From Bacteroidales bacterium (GTDB lineage: Bacteria > Bacteroidota > Bacteroidia > Bacteroidales > UBA932): a stretch of 64,000 nt of DNA. Made by a program: the position numbers and the translations under genes. The first letter of the stretch is position 1; every line of letters starts with the position of its first letter. The notes under the pieces are model-generated. The model did no database searches. It was given only the letters and a program-made list of their open reading frames with translations, and was not told the origin of the DNA. Of the stretch, positions 47,892-57,723 are shown in pieces. The stretch lies in the NCBI GenBank assembly GCA_045617865.1, contig JAZLJK010000044.1:651-64650 (forward strand), written 5' to 3'.

Positions 47892-50360
47892 TTAATGAAC
47901 GACAGTCGTAGGTGTGAAGAATACGTTGTTGACAGCATCCTCACCGTGCGCAGGTACTGTTGCCGGATCTGTGCGCTTGGTGTTGCTGAAGTTGAATACT
48001 GTGCCATTCTCGGTCGGATCGACTGTCGCTTCAACTATGTTGCGGATGATGTAATTGTTTTCGGCAACTGTATTTCCATCATCTTTGGTGTAAGTCTTCG
48101 ACGGTGTGATGGTGTAAGACCAGCTCCAGCTTTCCTCCACCACCTTATATCGGCCTTCCGCCACAAGTTTGACTGTCACCTTGCCATTGCTTGAGGGAGT
48201 GAGCATTACCGTGAACGGTTCATACCCGGCTTCGGGATTGCCAGATTCGTCAAGCTTGATAATCTTGAATATTGCACAGTCGTTGCCCTTGAGACCGTTC
48301 TTCTTTATGACGATGTTAGGCATTGTCAATGTAGGTACAGGATACTTCTTGACAGATTTGCTCATATCAGGCTTTGTCGGGTCCGATTCGTCCGCGAGGT
48401 ATATGCCTGAGTAGGCCTCGTTTGTAGGATTGTTGGCGCCTCCCGGATTGGCAGGATCTACGACGATAGGGATGGTGATTACCAGTTCCTTGCCCTGCCA
48501 TACATCAGTGATGTCACCGCTTGCAGAGACACTCCGCCACAGTCCACACCAGTTTTCGGCAAAGTTGAAACCTGACACTACAATCTCTCTGTTGTTCTCA
48601 CCGCCGACAGTAATATTTGCCCCTGCCAGTGGCACTGGATCGCCACCATCGAAGTTATAGATGTCATTGTTGATACCGAGAAAGTCTCTCGTGCCCACGG
48701 AGATATTGTTGGCAGTCACACCCTCCGGAAGCAGAAAATGGCCTGTGAGCGCATCCAGCACCACCTGCCCTGTCTCAGAAAGGTCATATCCGATCTCCGT
48801 TTTGGCCTCGGTGTCAGCGATGGTCGAGAAAATGCTGCTCAACTGTTCACCGGTCGATGCCAGGCTGAAATACTTGTCGAACTGCTTGCCGGATCCACCA
48901 TTAGTCATGCTCACGGCATCGGGATAGTCTGATGACAGGTATTCCAAAAATCTCATGACGTTGTCGCTAGGATCATCGATAAGGCCAACCACGTAAATGG
49001 TGACACCATCATCCTTCAAATCTTTCGCGATAGAAATAGCCGCATTGGCAACTTCATTGCTGAATTTATCACTTCTGGTTGGACTGCCGTCTGTGAAGAT
49101 CACCAAAGTCCTTTCACGTTCTTTACCGTCATCTGTTGCATTTGAGAACAATTCCTGAACCTTCTCCAAGCCCCAGTCGGTGCAAGTACCTCCGGCGGGA
49201 ATAATCTGACTCATGAGTGCTTTGGCGGCAGATGCTTCAGAAATGGAACTGAACGGTTTTAGTATCTGAGTGTTGTTGTAGCGATATGGTGTCGTATTTC
49301 CCGACTTAGCATACATCGTATTGCCCGTTTCGTCAGACATATTTCCGGCAAATTTCACAATGCCGAAACGGTGATGGCCCTTTGTATCATCAAGGTGCTC
49401 GGCATCGTCCTGTGCGATTACATCCAGGAATGAGGCCGTAGCATCCACAAGGGCACCGGTACGTGATTTAATTCCCAAGTTTTTCCCTTTGTACAAGGTA
49501 ATTTCTCCAGCTTCTGCTTTCAATGCTGCATTTGCGTTATGCGACCCCGGGGCCGCACCTGTGCACACAAAGAAACCTGGTATTGCATAGTAGTCGGCCT
49601 TATCCGCGCTTCCAGGAGTTTTCCCCTCCTTCAATTTCAGAGGTGCTGTTGTGCCACATGTCGGCAGAGCTTCATATTTGCCTGTTTCCTGATTGTACCC
49701 TAAAAAGTAACGCATTGGAATGGACGGCTTAGTCACACCAAACGGGTTGGCTATCTGCTGCTCATCAGGGACTTCGTAAAAGATATAGTCAATATCTCCC
49801 ATTAACGTGTTGCCATCAATGTCAGTGATTTTTTCACCATGGTCAGAATAGACCCAATAACCTCTGCGGATAGGATAAAAATTCCCATCTGAGTGGCGGA
49901 AATACAATTGTGAACATTGAGCGGTTGCCTTTGTTGAAAGAGAAAGCAGGAATGGATACGCAGCTCCGTCCACAGATACCCAATTTCTTGACAATTCATA
50001 GTCTTCATATTTTACCATATCGTAGCCAATCTCAACAGAATTTCCCACCGTATAATATTTGTCGGTGGCAATGGTTGCCCCCATGGAGCCCGAGAGGTCA
50101 AGAAGGAGAGCCATGTCCACAGGCTTGCGAACTTCCATCTCATGCGTCTCCTTGGAGCCTGTCACGAAAGATTCGAGGGTGATGAGGTACTGGTCAGGTT
50201 TGGTCGGATGCTTTGCGACACTCTTGAACATCTTGACGGAGTTGATATCGTCACGGTACTTGATTTCGTCAGTCTGTGCCCCGGCTGTAGCACATAGGCA
50301 GACCAGTGCAGCTGCGATGAATGCTATCTTGACAATATGTATATTTTTCATGGTGTTCAT
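47892..50360 (-). CDS. secreted vWA-domain adhesin-like protein with CnaB/SpaA-like C-terminal domains
   Basis: Sec signal KIAFIAAALVCLCATAGAQ. MIDAS motifs DMALLLDLSGSMG, GGTCTD and TLVIFTDGSPT. A ~200-aa insert follows the DxSxS loop. The C-terminus carries AIFKIIKLDESGNPEAGYEPFTVML..GRYKVVEESWSWSYT. Confidence 0.8.
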   Translation of the reverse strand: MNTMKNIHIVKIAFIAAALVCLCATAGAQTDEIKYRDDINSVKMFKSVAKHPTKPDQYLITLESFVTGSKETHEMEVRKPVDMALLLDLSGSMGATIATDKYYTVGNSVEIGYDMVKYEDYELSRNWVSVDGAAYPFLLSLSTKATAQCSQLYFRHSDGNFYPIRRGYWVYSDHGEKITDIDGNTLMGDIDYIFYEVPDEQQIANPFGVTKPSIPMRYFLGYNQETGKYEALPTCGTTAPLKLKEGKTPGSADKADYYAIPGFFVCTGAAPGSHNANAALKAEAGEITLYKGKNLGIKSRTGALVDATASFLDVIAQDDAEHLDDTKGHHRFGIVKFAGNMSDETGNTMYAKSGNTTPYRYNNTQILKPFSSISEASAAKALMSQIIPAGGTCTDWGLEKVQELFSNATDDGKERERTLVIFTDGSPTRSDKFSNEVANAAISIAKDLKDDGVTIYVVGLIDDPSDNVMRFLEYLSSDYPDAVSMTNGGSGKQFDKYFSLASTGEQLSSIFSTIADTEAKTEIGYDLSETGQVVLDALTGHFLLPEGVTANNISVGTRDFLGINNDIYNFDGGDPVPLAGANITVGGENNREIVVSGFNFAENWCGLWRSVSASGDITDVWQGKELVITIPIVVDPANPGGANNPTNEAYSGIYLADESDPTKPDMSKSVKKYPVPTLTMPNIVIKKNGLKGNDCAIFKIIKLDESGNPEAGYEPFTVMLTPSSNGKVTVKLVAEGRYKVVEESWSWSYTITPSKTYTKDDGNTVAENNYIIRNIVEATVDPTENGTVFNFSNTKRTDPATVPAHGEDAVNNVFFTPTTVVH

Positions 50361-50369
50361 ACTTTATCG

Positions 50370-52124
50370 TTAGGATTGGGGTTCTGTTCCGAGAGCCTCG
50401 GCAACAGTGACTGATGTCGGGGTTTGTGTCATATTGCCGCTTCCGTCGAATGAGAGCTCTACAACATGCACATTTTCCACATCCCAGGCCGCCTTGACAC
50501 ATGCCTTGCTTTCGTCAAACTGCACTCCCTGAAGAGCGATGGCAATCTCGAGGTGGGCATCCTTGAACGGTGTCGTTTCCGGGGCCTCATATTCATGGAA
50601 GAGGCTGTATTTTGTCGCTTTCTGTGCCGGCACCGGATCTGCGTAATATATATACCCGTCATCCCCGACAAGCCAATTATTCTTAAAACCGTAACCTCCA
50701 TCTTCGTTCTTATAGAATTTTCCGGTTTTGAAAATGTCGCAAGCAGAAACTATGACGTTTTCATTCGCTGCGGTATTCGGGTCATCATACACCCAGTTCG
50801 CCACTAGGGCACAACGGAGATATGCCGTGACATTGCCAGTATTCTCCATCAATATGCCGTACTTGGTCTTCCTGTTTCCTGACATGTTATCGGAAACATT
50901 CACCTTTACATCATTGATTGAGATTGTAAACGTACGGAGTTCGCCTGCTTTCCATTTCATCCCCTTGAGGCTTACAGTACGGCTGTGGACATCACTGTTT
51001 TCACCGATTGTATATTCGACGGTAAGCGTTGCATCGTCGCCGCAAGTCTGGGGTATGAGCATGAATGTCTGCGTAAAAGTTCCATTATTGAGATTGTTCA
51101 GGGCGGTATCGTAATCATCGAAAGAATCCGGCACATATCCACTGCCAAGTGTTGTATTGTATCCATTCACCTTGCCTGTGAATGTCTGCGTAAAGCTGCA
51201 GTCGGCTTCTCCGAGATTTGACCAGGATGTGCATTCAGATGATGTGTGAGTCCCGTTGATGTAGGACGGTGAGATAGTGCAACGGCCGGATCCGACGATA
51301 TTGTTGAATATCACCTTTTTGATGTGGACAAGGTCATTGCCATTGTTGTTGCCGGTTGTGCCGTCCTTGAACTTGATGGCTGTGAGAGCGTGGTAGAAGA
51401 GCACCTTGTTGTCGGTGTCTTTTGTACCCATATCCATTAATTTGCTGGTAAACAGGATATCTGTTTGGGCTTCCGCATCTTTCCCGGCAGTGCCGCCGGT
51501 GGGCGAAGTGTAATCGAACTGGATGCTGCCCATTGGATTGGATGAGGTTCCATCAGGCGCGTAGAACTTCGCATTCAGGTCCTTTGTCTTGCTGTATGGG
51601 GTCTGCAGGAAATATAACAGCGAACCGCTTTCCGGCCAGTCCACCTTGCTGCTGGTGTAACCCGTGTTGTAGTCGTAGTAATATGTGTTTGCCTTGCCCT
51701 CTGCTTTCTTGAATGGAACCACGCCGTTGTTTTCGAGATATGTCCCGGCGCCCCATACGTCAGTGAGGAGGCTTCCGTCTGTCTTGGGCTCGAATGCGGC
51801 GGCCGAAAATCCCCCGTAAACGGCATCGAAGTTCTCCGTATAAACCGGAGTACCTTTCGTTTCAATTACGTTCTCCGGAAAATAAGCCTCATCCAGGCTT
51901 GTTACGGTTTCCGACAAAGAAAGCCCTGCGATTCCGCTTTCAATGGAAAGATCAACGGGGCCTACCGTTGGTGCGGCAGCGCTCTTTGTCTTCGCGGCAT
52001 CACCGCCGACAATGAAGGCCACTGCGCTACCGGACGAAACCAGACTTTCCTGTGGATTGAATATCTGGCAGGAAGCCAGTGAAAATACCATTAGAGAGAG
52101 TGAGATAATTTGCTTTATTTTCAT
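50370..52124 (-). CDS. fimbrillin-like (Mfa-like) lipoprotein
   Basis: Lipobox MVFSLASC. VLFYHALTAIKFK matches the F-x-H-x-L-t-x-i-x-F motif of Bacteroidales fimbrillin-family proteins. Confidence 0.65.
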   Translation of the reverse strand: MKIKQIISLSLMVFSLASCQIFNPQESLVSSGSAVAFIVGGDAAKTKSAAAPTVGPVDLSIESGIAGLSLSETVTSLDEAYFPENVIETKGTPVYTENFDAVYGGFSAAAFEPKTDGSLLTDVWGAGTYLENNGVVPFKKAEGKANTYYYDYNTGYTSSKVDWPESGSLLYFLQTPYSKTKDLNAKFYAPDGTSSNPMGSIQFDYTSPTGGTAGKDAEAQTDILFTSKLMDMGTKDTDNKVLFYHALTAIKFKDGTTGNNNGNDLVHIKKVIFNNIVGSGRCTISPSYINGTHTSSECTSWSNLGEADCSFTQTFTGKVNGYNTTLGSGYVPDSFDDYDTALNNLNNGTFTQTFMLIPQTCGDDATLTVEYTIGENSDVHSRTVSLKGMKWKAGELRTFTISINDVKVNVSDNMSGNRKTKYGILMENTGNVTAYLRCALVANWVYDDPNTAANENVIVSACDIFKTGKFYKNEDGGYGFKNNWLVGDDGYIYYADPVPAQKATKYSLFHEYEAPETTPFKDAHLEIAIALQGVQFDESKACVKAAWDVENVHVVELSFDGSGNMTQTPTSVTVAEALGTEPQS

Positions 52125-52146
52125 TCAAATCGTTCATAAAGAGCCA

Positions 52147-52154
52147 CAAAATTA
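52147..52154 (-). promoter_or_regulatory. -7 box TAATTTTG of the fimbrillin/vWA operon
   Basis: The minus-sense TAATTTTG matches TAnnTTTG. It lies 23-30 nt upstream of the ATG at 52124 and 3 nt downstream of the T31 tract. Confidence 0.5.
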
Positions 52155-52156
52155 CT

Positions 52157-52190
<34 letters not shown>

Positions 52191-52206
52191 CAAATCATCT
52201 TTAAGC

Positions 52207-52243
52207 AAAAAGGGGCTGACCACTATACCGGCCAACCCCTTTT
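52207..52243 (-). terminator. terminator of the DUF819 gene
   Basis: The minus-sense AAAAGGGG...CCCCTTTT stem encloses an imperfectly paired loop and is followed by TTTTTGC. Confidence 0.55.
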
Positions 52244-52265
52244 CCGCATGAAAGACATGCCACGC

Positions 52266-53492
52266 CTAGAACATAGAGAAAAGCTGACACATAAGCACGC
52301 CCAGGTAGTTGCCTACCGCGAAACCGATGATGCCCACGGTGATACCGGGCACAAGCACCTTCTTGTTCTTCATGGCAGTTACCATCATAGGCACGAAGGG
52401 AGGCGAATTGATGAGCGATACTGAGGTCACCACCATCATGTCCGAATCGATGTTGAACAGCTTGGAAAGAACCACCTGGACAAGCAGAGAAGCGAATATG
52501 ATGAAGACCAGGAACAGGAATGTGTAGATTTCCTGTCCGAAGTTCAGCTTGGTGATGTCGGCCATCGAAGCCACTGCAATAGAGAAGATATAGATCAGAT
52601 ACAGACCTATGTCATAGCTCTTGTCAAGTTTCCTGACAGATTTGAGGAACGATGCGGCAAGAGAGAAAGTGGTGAGAGAAAGGATGAACACAGGCATGAA
52701 CCAGCCCTTTCCGAAACCGCCTGTAAGCGCAGACATTCCGAAAGGTTCGCCCTTTATCAACGTCATTGTGACATTGGTAAGCACTACCACAAGGGCGGAG
52801 AGTACAATACATACCACCACTGCCAGCAGCACCTTGAATATCTGGCTGATACCTGACTTTGACCAGAGACCGGCATAGGGGTTGGCGTTGGCAGCCTCGA
52901 TCTGAGCCTGCACCTCCTTCTCATTCTCAGCCGTGTAGGTCTCCTCTGTGTGAGGCAGAACCTTGCGGAACCACTTGATACCCACACTCAGCAGGAAGAT
53001 GAAATAGAGGAAGCATACCAGCATGTCGTAGGAATTGAGCAGGACATACGTCTCGTTCGAAACATGGAGGGCCTGCTTCAATGCAGCCATGTTGATGGTG
53101 CCGCCTGTTTCGCAGCCCACCAGAAGACCGGCTATCTGAGGTCCGTTCTCGACCCTGTGGCCGAAAAGGATATAGCCCAGTACTGTAGACACAAGCACAG
53201 CGACAATGCCCACCAGGAGTGACTTGCCGATGCCTTTCATATCCTTGAAATTGAAGCTGCAGCCGAAGAGCATCATCGGCAGAGCCAGCGGAATCATCAC
53301 GGTGGTGATGGTGTCCTTCAATGAGAAAGTGGCCTCATTGTTCAAGCCGGGAATCTGCCCGACAAGAACGCCCAGTATGTAAAGGATCAGGATAGGGCCG
53401 ATCTTTCCCAGAAAGTTGACCTTCTTGCAGAGCCACAGCACAAATGCCGGTGCCAGGATGAAGATCAGGAGATAGATGATTGTGTAAATCAT
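52266..53492 (-). CDS. DUF819-family polytopic membrane protein
   Basis: 408 aa, about 10-12 TM helices. The N-terminus MIYTIIYLLIFILAPAFVLWLCKK..GKIGPILILYILG resembles DUF819. Confidence 0.6.
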   Translation of the reverse strand: MIYTIIYLLIFILAPAFVLWLCKKVNFLGKIGPILILYILGVLVGQIPGLNNEATFSLKDTITTVMIPLALPMMLFGCSFNFKDMKGIGKSLLVGIVAVLVSTVLGYILFGHRVENGPQIAGLLVGCETGGTINMAALKQALHVSNETYVLLNSYDMLVCFLYFIFLLSVGIKWFRKVLPHTEETYTAENEKEVQAQIEAANANPYAGLWSKSGISQIFKVLLAVVVCIVLSALVVVLTNVTMTLIKGEPFGMSALTGGFGKGWFMPVFILSLTTFSLAASFLKSVRKLDKSYDIGLYLIYIFSIAVASMADITKLNFGQEIYTFLFLVFIIFASLLVQVVLSKLFNIDSDMMVVTSVSLINSPPFVPMMVTAMKNKKVLVPGITVGIIGFAVGNYLGVLMCQLFSMF

Positions 53493-53525
53493 AGTCCTAT
53501 TTTGTTAATATTAGTTAATGTCAGA

Positions 53526-54479
53526 TCAGGCTGCCACAGTGTAAAGAACATACGCCACATAGAGCAGCAGGAAGAATACACCTTCTGCACGGCACAGCCT
53601 GTTTTTCTTGAAGACGAAGGCGGTGAGCAGCAGAACCAGCGCCACCACAGGCAGTGCATACAGTGACACAAGGCAGAGCGGATCCACGGCCAGGGGGCGC
53701 ACCAGCGAGCAGCATCCCAGAATCAGCAGGATGTTGAACACATTGCTGCCAAGTATGTTGCCGAGAGCCAGCTGATTGCGGTGCTTTGCCGCCGCAACCA
53801 CGCAGGTTGCAAGCTCGGGCAGCGATGTGCCGCACGCCATCAGTGTTATGGCAATGACCGTTTCTGAGACACCGAGTTCACGCGCAATGACGCAGCCTTC
53901 ATCCACGAACAGCTTTCCGCCAAGCACCAGCATTCCGATGCCGGCAATAACAATCAGTGCAAGCAGCCACACGCTCTTACCGGCGGAAGGTTCATTCTCT
54001 TCTTCATCTTCAGGCTGCCCGTTTTTGAAAGTGACCAGCACATACCCCACGAAGCAGGCAAGGAACACCAGTCCTTCCAGCCACGAAATAGTCTGGCCGC
54101 CCCTGCCGGTCCAGAAATTCACCGCAAAGAACAGCAGCAGCAGGGAGGCTGCAATGTTGTACGGCATGTCGCGGCGGACATTGGAACGGGTATAGTCTAT
54201 CGGAGAAATCAGCGCTGTGACGCCGAGAATGAACAGAGTGTTGAACAGGTTGCTGCCCGACACGTTGCCGATGGCAATGCCGCTGCTCCCCTTCAGGGCC
54301 CCGAAAAGGCTGACTGTGAGCTCAGGCATCGAAGTGCCTATGCCCACAATGACAACACCTATCACAAACTCCGAGACATGGTACTTCTTAGCAATGCCAG
54401 TGGCGCCGTTGACCAGAAGGTCGGCGCCAAAGACAGTGAGGGCGATGCCCAGAATGAAAAAAAGTACTGTCAGAAACAT
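53526..54479 (-). CDS. CaCA-family sodium/calcium antiporter (YrbG-like)
   Basis: Two alpha-repeats, GNVSGSNLFNTLFILG and GNILGSNVFNILLILG. Confidence 0.85.
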   Translation of the reverse strand: MFLTVLFFILGIALTVFGADLLVNGATGIAKKYHVSEFVIGVVIVGIGTSMPELTVSLFGALKGSSGIAIGNVSGSNLFNTLFILGVTALISPIDYTRSNVRRDMPYNIAASLLLLFFAVNFWTGRGGQTISWLEGLVFLACFVGYVLVTFKNGQPEDEEENEPSAGKSVWLLALIVIAGIGMLVLGGKLFVDEGCVIARELGVSETVIAITLMACGTSLPELATCVVAAAKHRNQLALGNILGSNVFNILLILGCCSLVRPLAVDPLCLVSLYALPVVALVLLLTAFVFKKNRLCRAEGVFFLLLYVAYVLYTVAA

Positions 54480-54486
54480 CCCGATA

Positions 54487-57400
54487 CTAGTATTGATCCC
54501 AGCTCTTGATTGCTATGTCATCCATCGGCAGATTGCAGAATGCAATGATGAATGCAGCGGCAAGACGAGGGTTGGTTATCAGAGGGATGTTGAAGTCAAC
54601 GGCTGCACGGCGGATCTTATATCCGTTGCTGAGTTCGCCCTGCGTGAGGTTCTTGGGAATGTTGATCACCAGTTCGACCTCTTTGTTGCGGACCATATCA
54701 AGCGCGCTGACACCCTCTTCCTGCCCTACTTCGCTGGGCCAGAGGACGCGTGTTGCGGGGATGCCGTTGTCTTTGCAGTAGCGGTATGTGCCGTCTGTTG
54801 CATATATTTCATAGCCGTGCTCTATCAGCAGGCGTGATGCCTTGAGCAGCTGAGCCTTCTGCTCACCTTCGCCGGATGAGAGGAGGATCTTCTTGCCGGG
54901 GATCCTGTATCCGACGGCAATCATAGACTTGAGGATGGCTTCGTCTGTATTGTCACCGAGGCAGCCCACCTCACCTGTAGAGGCCATGTCCACACCAAGC
55001 ACGGGGTCGGCCTTCTGCAGACGGCTGAACGAGAACTGTGAAGCCTTGATGCCGACGTAGTCAAGCTCAAAGGCACTCTTGTGAGGAGCAACCACGTCCT
55101 CACCCATAATAACCTTGGTTGCAAGCTCGATGAGGTTGATCTTGAGCACTTTGGATGCGAACGGGAAGCTGCGTGACGCACGCAGGTTGCATTCGATCAC
55201 CTTGATGTCATTCTCGCGCGCCAGGAACTGGATGTTGAACGGGCCGCTGATGTTGAGGGCGGCGGCAATCTTCCTGGCCACCTTCTTGATGCGGCGGGCA
55301 GTCTCCACATAAAGTTTCTGGGGAGGGAACTGGATTGTGGCGTCACCTGAATGAACACCTGCGAACTCGATATGTTCTGATATTGCGTATGCCAGTACCT
55401 CGCCTTTGTTTGCCACAGCGTCGAACTCAATCTCCTTCGCATGCTGGATGAACGAGCTGACAACTACAGGGTGCTTCTTGGAAACATTCGCTGCAAGCTG
55501 CAGGAACTCATCAAGCTCGGAACGGTTCGAACATACGTTCATTGCCGCACCGGAAAGGACGTATGAAGGACGGACAAGCACGGGGAACCCGACCTTGTCT
55601 ACAAATTCATATATATCATCGAGCGTTGTAAGTTCCTTCCACTGAGGCTGGTCAACACCAATCTTGTCAAGCATTGCAGAGAACTTGTGACGGTCTTCTG
55701 CATTGTCGATGCTTTCGGCAGAAGTGCCGAGCAGGTTCACACCGTGGTGCTGGATTCTGAGTGCAAGGTTGTTGGGAATCTGACCGCCAACAGATACAAC
55801 CACACCGTGAGGATTCTCCTTGTCGTGGATATCCATGACGCGCTCGAATGTAAGCTCGTCGAAGTAGAGACGGTCACACATGTCGTAGTCTGTTGAGACT
55901 GTCTCGGGATTGTAGTTGATCATGATGCCGCGCCAGCCGCTCTTGCGGATTGTCTGCAGTGCATTCACAGAACACCAGTCAAACTCAACGCTGCTGCCGA
56001 TACGGTATGCACCGGAGCCGAGCACAATCACAGACTTCTTGTCGTCATAGAAATCAATGTCGTTCTCAGTGCCGTTGTATGTGAGATACAGGTAGTTGAT
56101 CTTTGCGGGGAACTCGCCGCCGAGAGTGTCGATCTGCTTGACAACAGGCTCCACACCCATCTGCTTGCGGAACTTTCTCACCACATCAGTGTATTCATCA
56201 GTATCGATGCTGTCTTTATATACAAGACGTCCGATCTGGAAATCAGAGAAGCCGGCCTGCTTTGCAACGAGCATGAGGTCGTGTGACACTTCTTCTATGC
56301 TGCCGCATTTCTCAATCTCCTTGCCGATGTTGACAATATTCTCAAGACGGTAGAGGAACCAGCGGTCGATCTTTGTAAGCTCATGAATCTGGTCTACAGT
56401 GTAACCTTTCTGGAAGGCCTTCGCTATCACGAAGACACGGTTGTCGGTAGGCTCGCGGAGCGCCTTGTCGATGTCATTCACCACAATCTCCTTGTTGGCC
56501 ACGAAGCCGTGGGCACCCTGGCCTATCATACGCAGACCTTTCTGGATAGTCTCTTCGAATGTGCGGCCGATTGCCATCACTTCGCCGACAGACTTCATGC
56601 TGCTGCCGATTTCGCGGCTTACACCGTGGAACTTGCTCAAATCCCAGCGGGGGATCTTGCAGACAACGTAGTCCACAGTGGGCTCGAAGAATGCTGTAGT
56701 TACTTTTGTAACTGAATTCTTAAGTTCGAACAGACCGAATCCCAGGCCTATCTTGGCTGCCACAAATGCCAGAGGATATCCTGTGGCCTTTGATGCAAGT
56801 GCAGACGAGCGGCTGAGTCGGGCGTTCACCTCAATCACACGGTAGTCATCAGATGCGGGATCGAAGGCGAACTGCACGTTGCACTCTCCGACAATGCCGA
56901 TATGACGCACGATGCGGATGGCAAGCTCACGCAGCTTGGCGTGGTCGTGTGCCGAAAGTGTCTGGCAGGGAGCCACCACGATACTCTCTCCGGTATGGAT
57001 TCCCAGAGGATCGAAGTTCTCCATGTTGCAGACTGTGATACAGTTGTTGTACTTGTCACGGACCACCTCATACTCAATCTCTTTCCAGCCTTTCAGCGAT
57101 TTCTCGACAAGGACCTGGGGTGAATATGAGAATGATTTCTGAGCAAGCACATTGAGCTCCTGCTCGTTGTCGCAGAAACCGCTGCCCAGACCGCCGAGTG
57201 CATATGCTGCGCGGAGGATGACTGGATAGCCCAGATCCGCTGCCGCCTTGCGGGCGTCTTCGATGCTCTCAACCGCATGGCTCCTGATGATCTTGACACC
57301 AATCTCCTCCATCTTGTTGTTGAAGCATTCGCGGTCTTCTGTATCTATGATTGCCTGGACAGGTGTTCCAAGCACCTTGAGATTATATTTATCAAGGATT

Positions 57401-57711
57401 CCCTGCTCGAACAGCTGCACACCGCAGTTGAGTGCTGTCTGTCCGCCGAAAGCCAGCAGGACGCCCTGAGGCTGCTCCTTCGCTATGACTTTCTCCACAA
57501 AATAGGGTGTTACAGGCAGGAAGTAAATCTTGTCTGCTATTCCTTCGGAAGTCTGCACCGTAGCAATATTGGGATTGATGAGGACTGTCTCAATGCCTTC
57601 CTCGCGCATTGCCTTGAGTGCCTGGCTGCCGCTGTAGTCAAACTCGCCGGCCTCACCTATCTTGAGTGCGCCGGAACCCAGAATCAGGACTTTTTTGATT
57701 TCTGTATCCAT
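54487..57711 (-). CDS. carB: carbamoyl-phosphate synthase large subunit
   Basis: 1074 aa. KKVLILGSGALKIGEAGEFDYSGSQA, a duplicated ATP-grasp, and a C-terminal MGS-like domain. Confidence 0.95.
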   Translation of the reverse strand: MDTEIKKVLILGSGALKIGEAGEFDYSGSQALKAMREEGIETVLINPNIATVQTSEGIADKIYFLPVTPYFVEKVIAKEQPQGVLLAFGGQTALNCGVQLFEQGILDKYNLKVLGTPVQAIIDTEDRECFNNKMEEIGVKIIRSHAVESIEDARKAAADLGYPVILRAAYALGGLGSGFCDNEQELNVLAQKSFSYSPQVLVEKSLKGWKEIEYEVVRDKYNNCITVCNMENFDPLGIHTGESIVVAPCQTLSAHDHAKLRELAIRIVRHIGIVGECNVQFAFDPASDDYRVIEVNARLSRSSALASKATGYPLAFVAAKIGLGFGLFELKNSVTKVTTAFFEPTVDYVVCKIPRWDLSKFHGVSREIGSSMKSVGEVMAIGRTFEETIQKGLRMIGQGAHGFVANKEIVVNDIDKALREPTDNRVFVIAKAFQKGYTVDQIHELTKIDRWFLYRLENIVNIGKEIEKCGSIEEVSHDLMLVAKQAGFSDFQIGRLVYKDSIDTDEYTDVVRKFRKQMGVEPVVKQIDTLGGEFPAKINYLYLTYNGTENDIDFYDDKKSVIVLGSGAYRIGSSVEFDWCSVNALQTIRKSGWRGIMINYNPETVSTDYDMCDRLYFDELTFERVMDIHDKENPHGVVVSVGGQIPNNLALRIQHHGVNLLGTSAESIDNAEDRHKFSAMLDKIGVDQPQWKELTTLDDIYEFVDKVGFPVLVRPSYVLSGAAMNVCSNRSELDEFLQLAANVSKKHPVVVSSFIQHAKEIEFDAVANKGEVLAYAISEHIEFAGVHSGDATIQFPPQKLYVETARRIKKVARKIAAALNISGPFNIQFLARENDIKVIECNLRASRSFPFASKVLKINLIELATKVIMGEDVVAPHKSAFELDYVGIKASQFSFSRLQKADPVLGVDMASTGEVGCLGDNTDEAILKSMIAVGYRIPGKKILLSSGEGEQKAQLLKASRLLIEHGYEIYATDGTYRYCKDNGIPATRVLWPSEVGQEEGVSALDMVRNKEVELVINIPKNLTQGELSNGYKIRRAAVDFNIPLITNPRLAAAFIIAFCNLPMDDIAIKSWDQY

Positions 57712-57723
57712 TGTCTGCCTGTA

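Noticed and set aside
47879-48034. Long form (110 aa) of the small ORF, overlapping the 3' end of the vWA gene.
   Set aside because: The upstream 52 codons are Arg/Ser/Thr-rich and overlap the vWA coding end in another frame. Only the 58-aa form starting after the vWA stop is plausible, and even that has low confidence.
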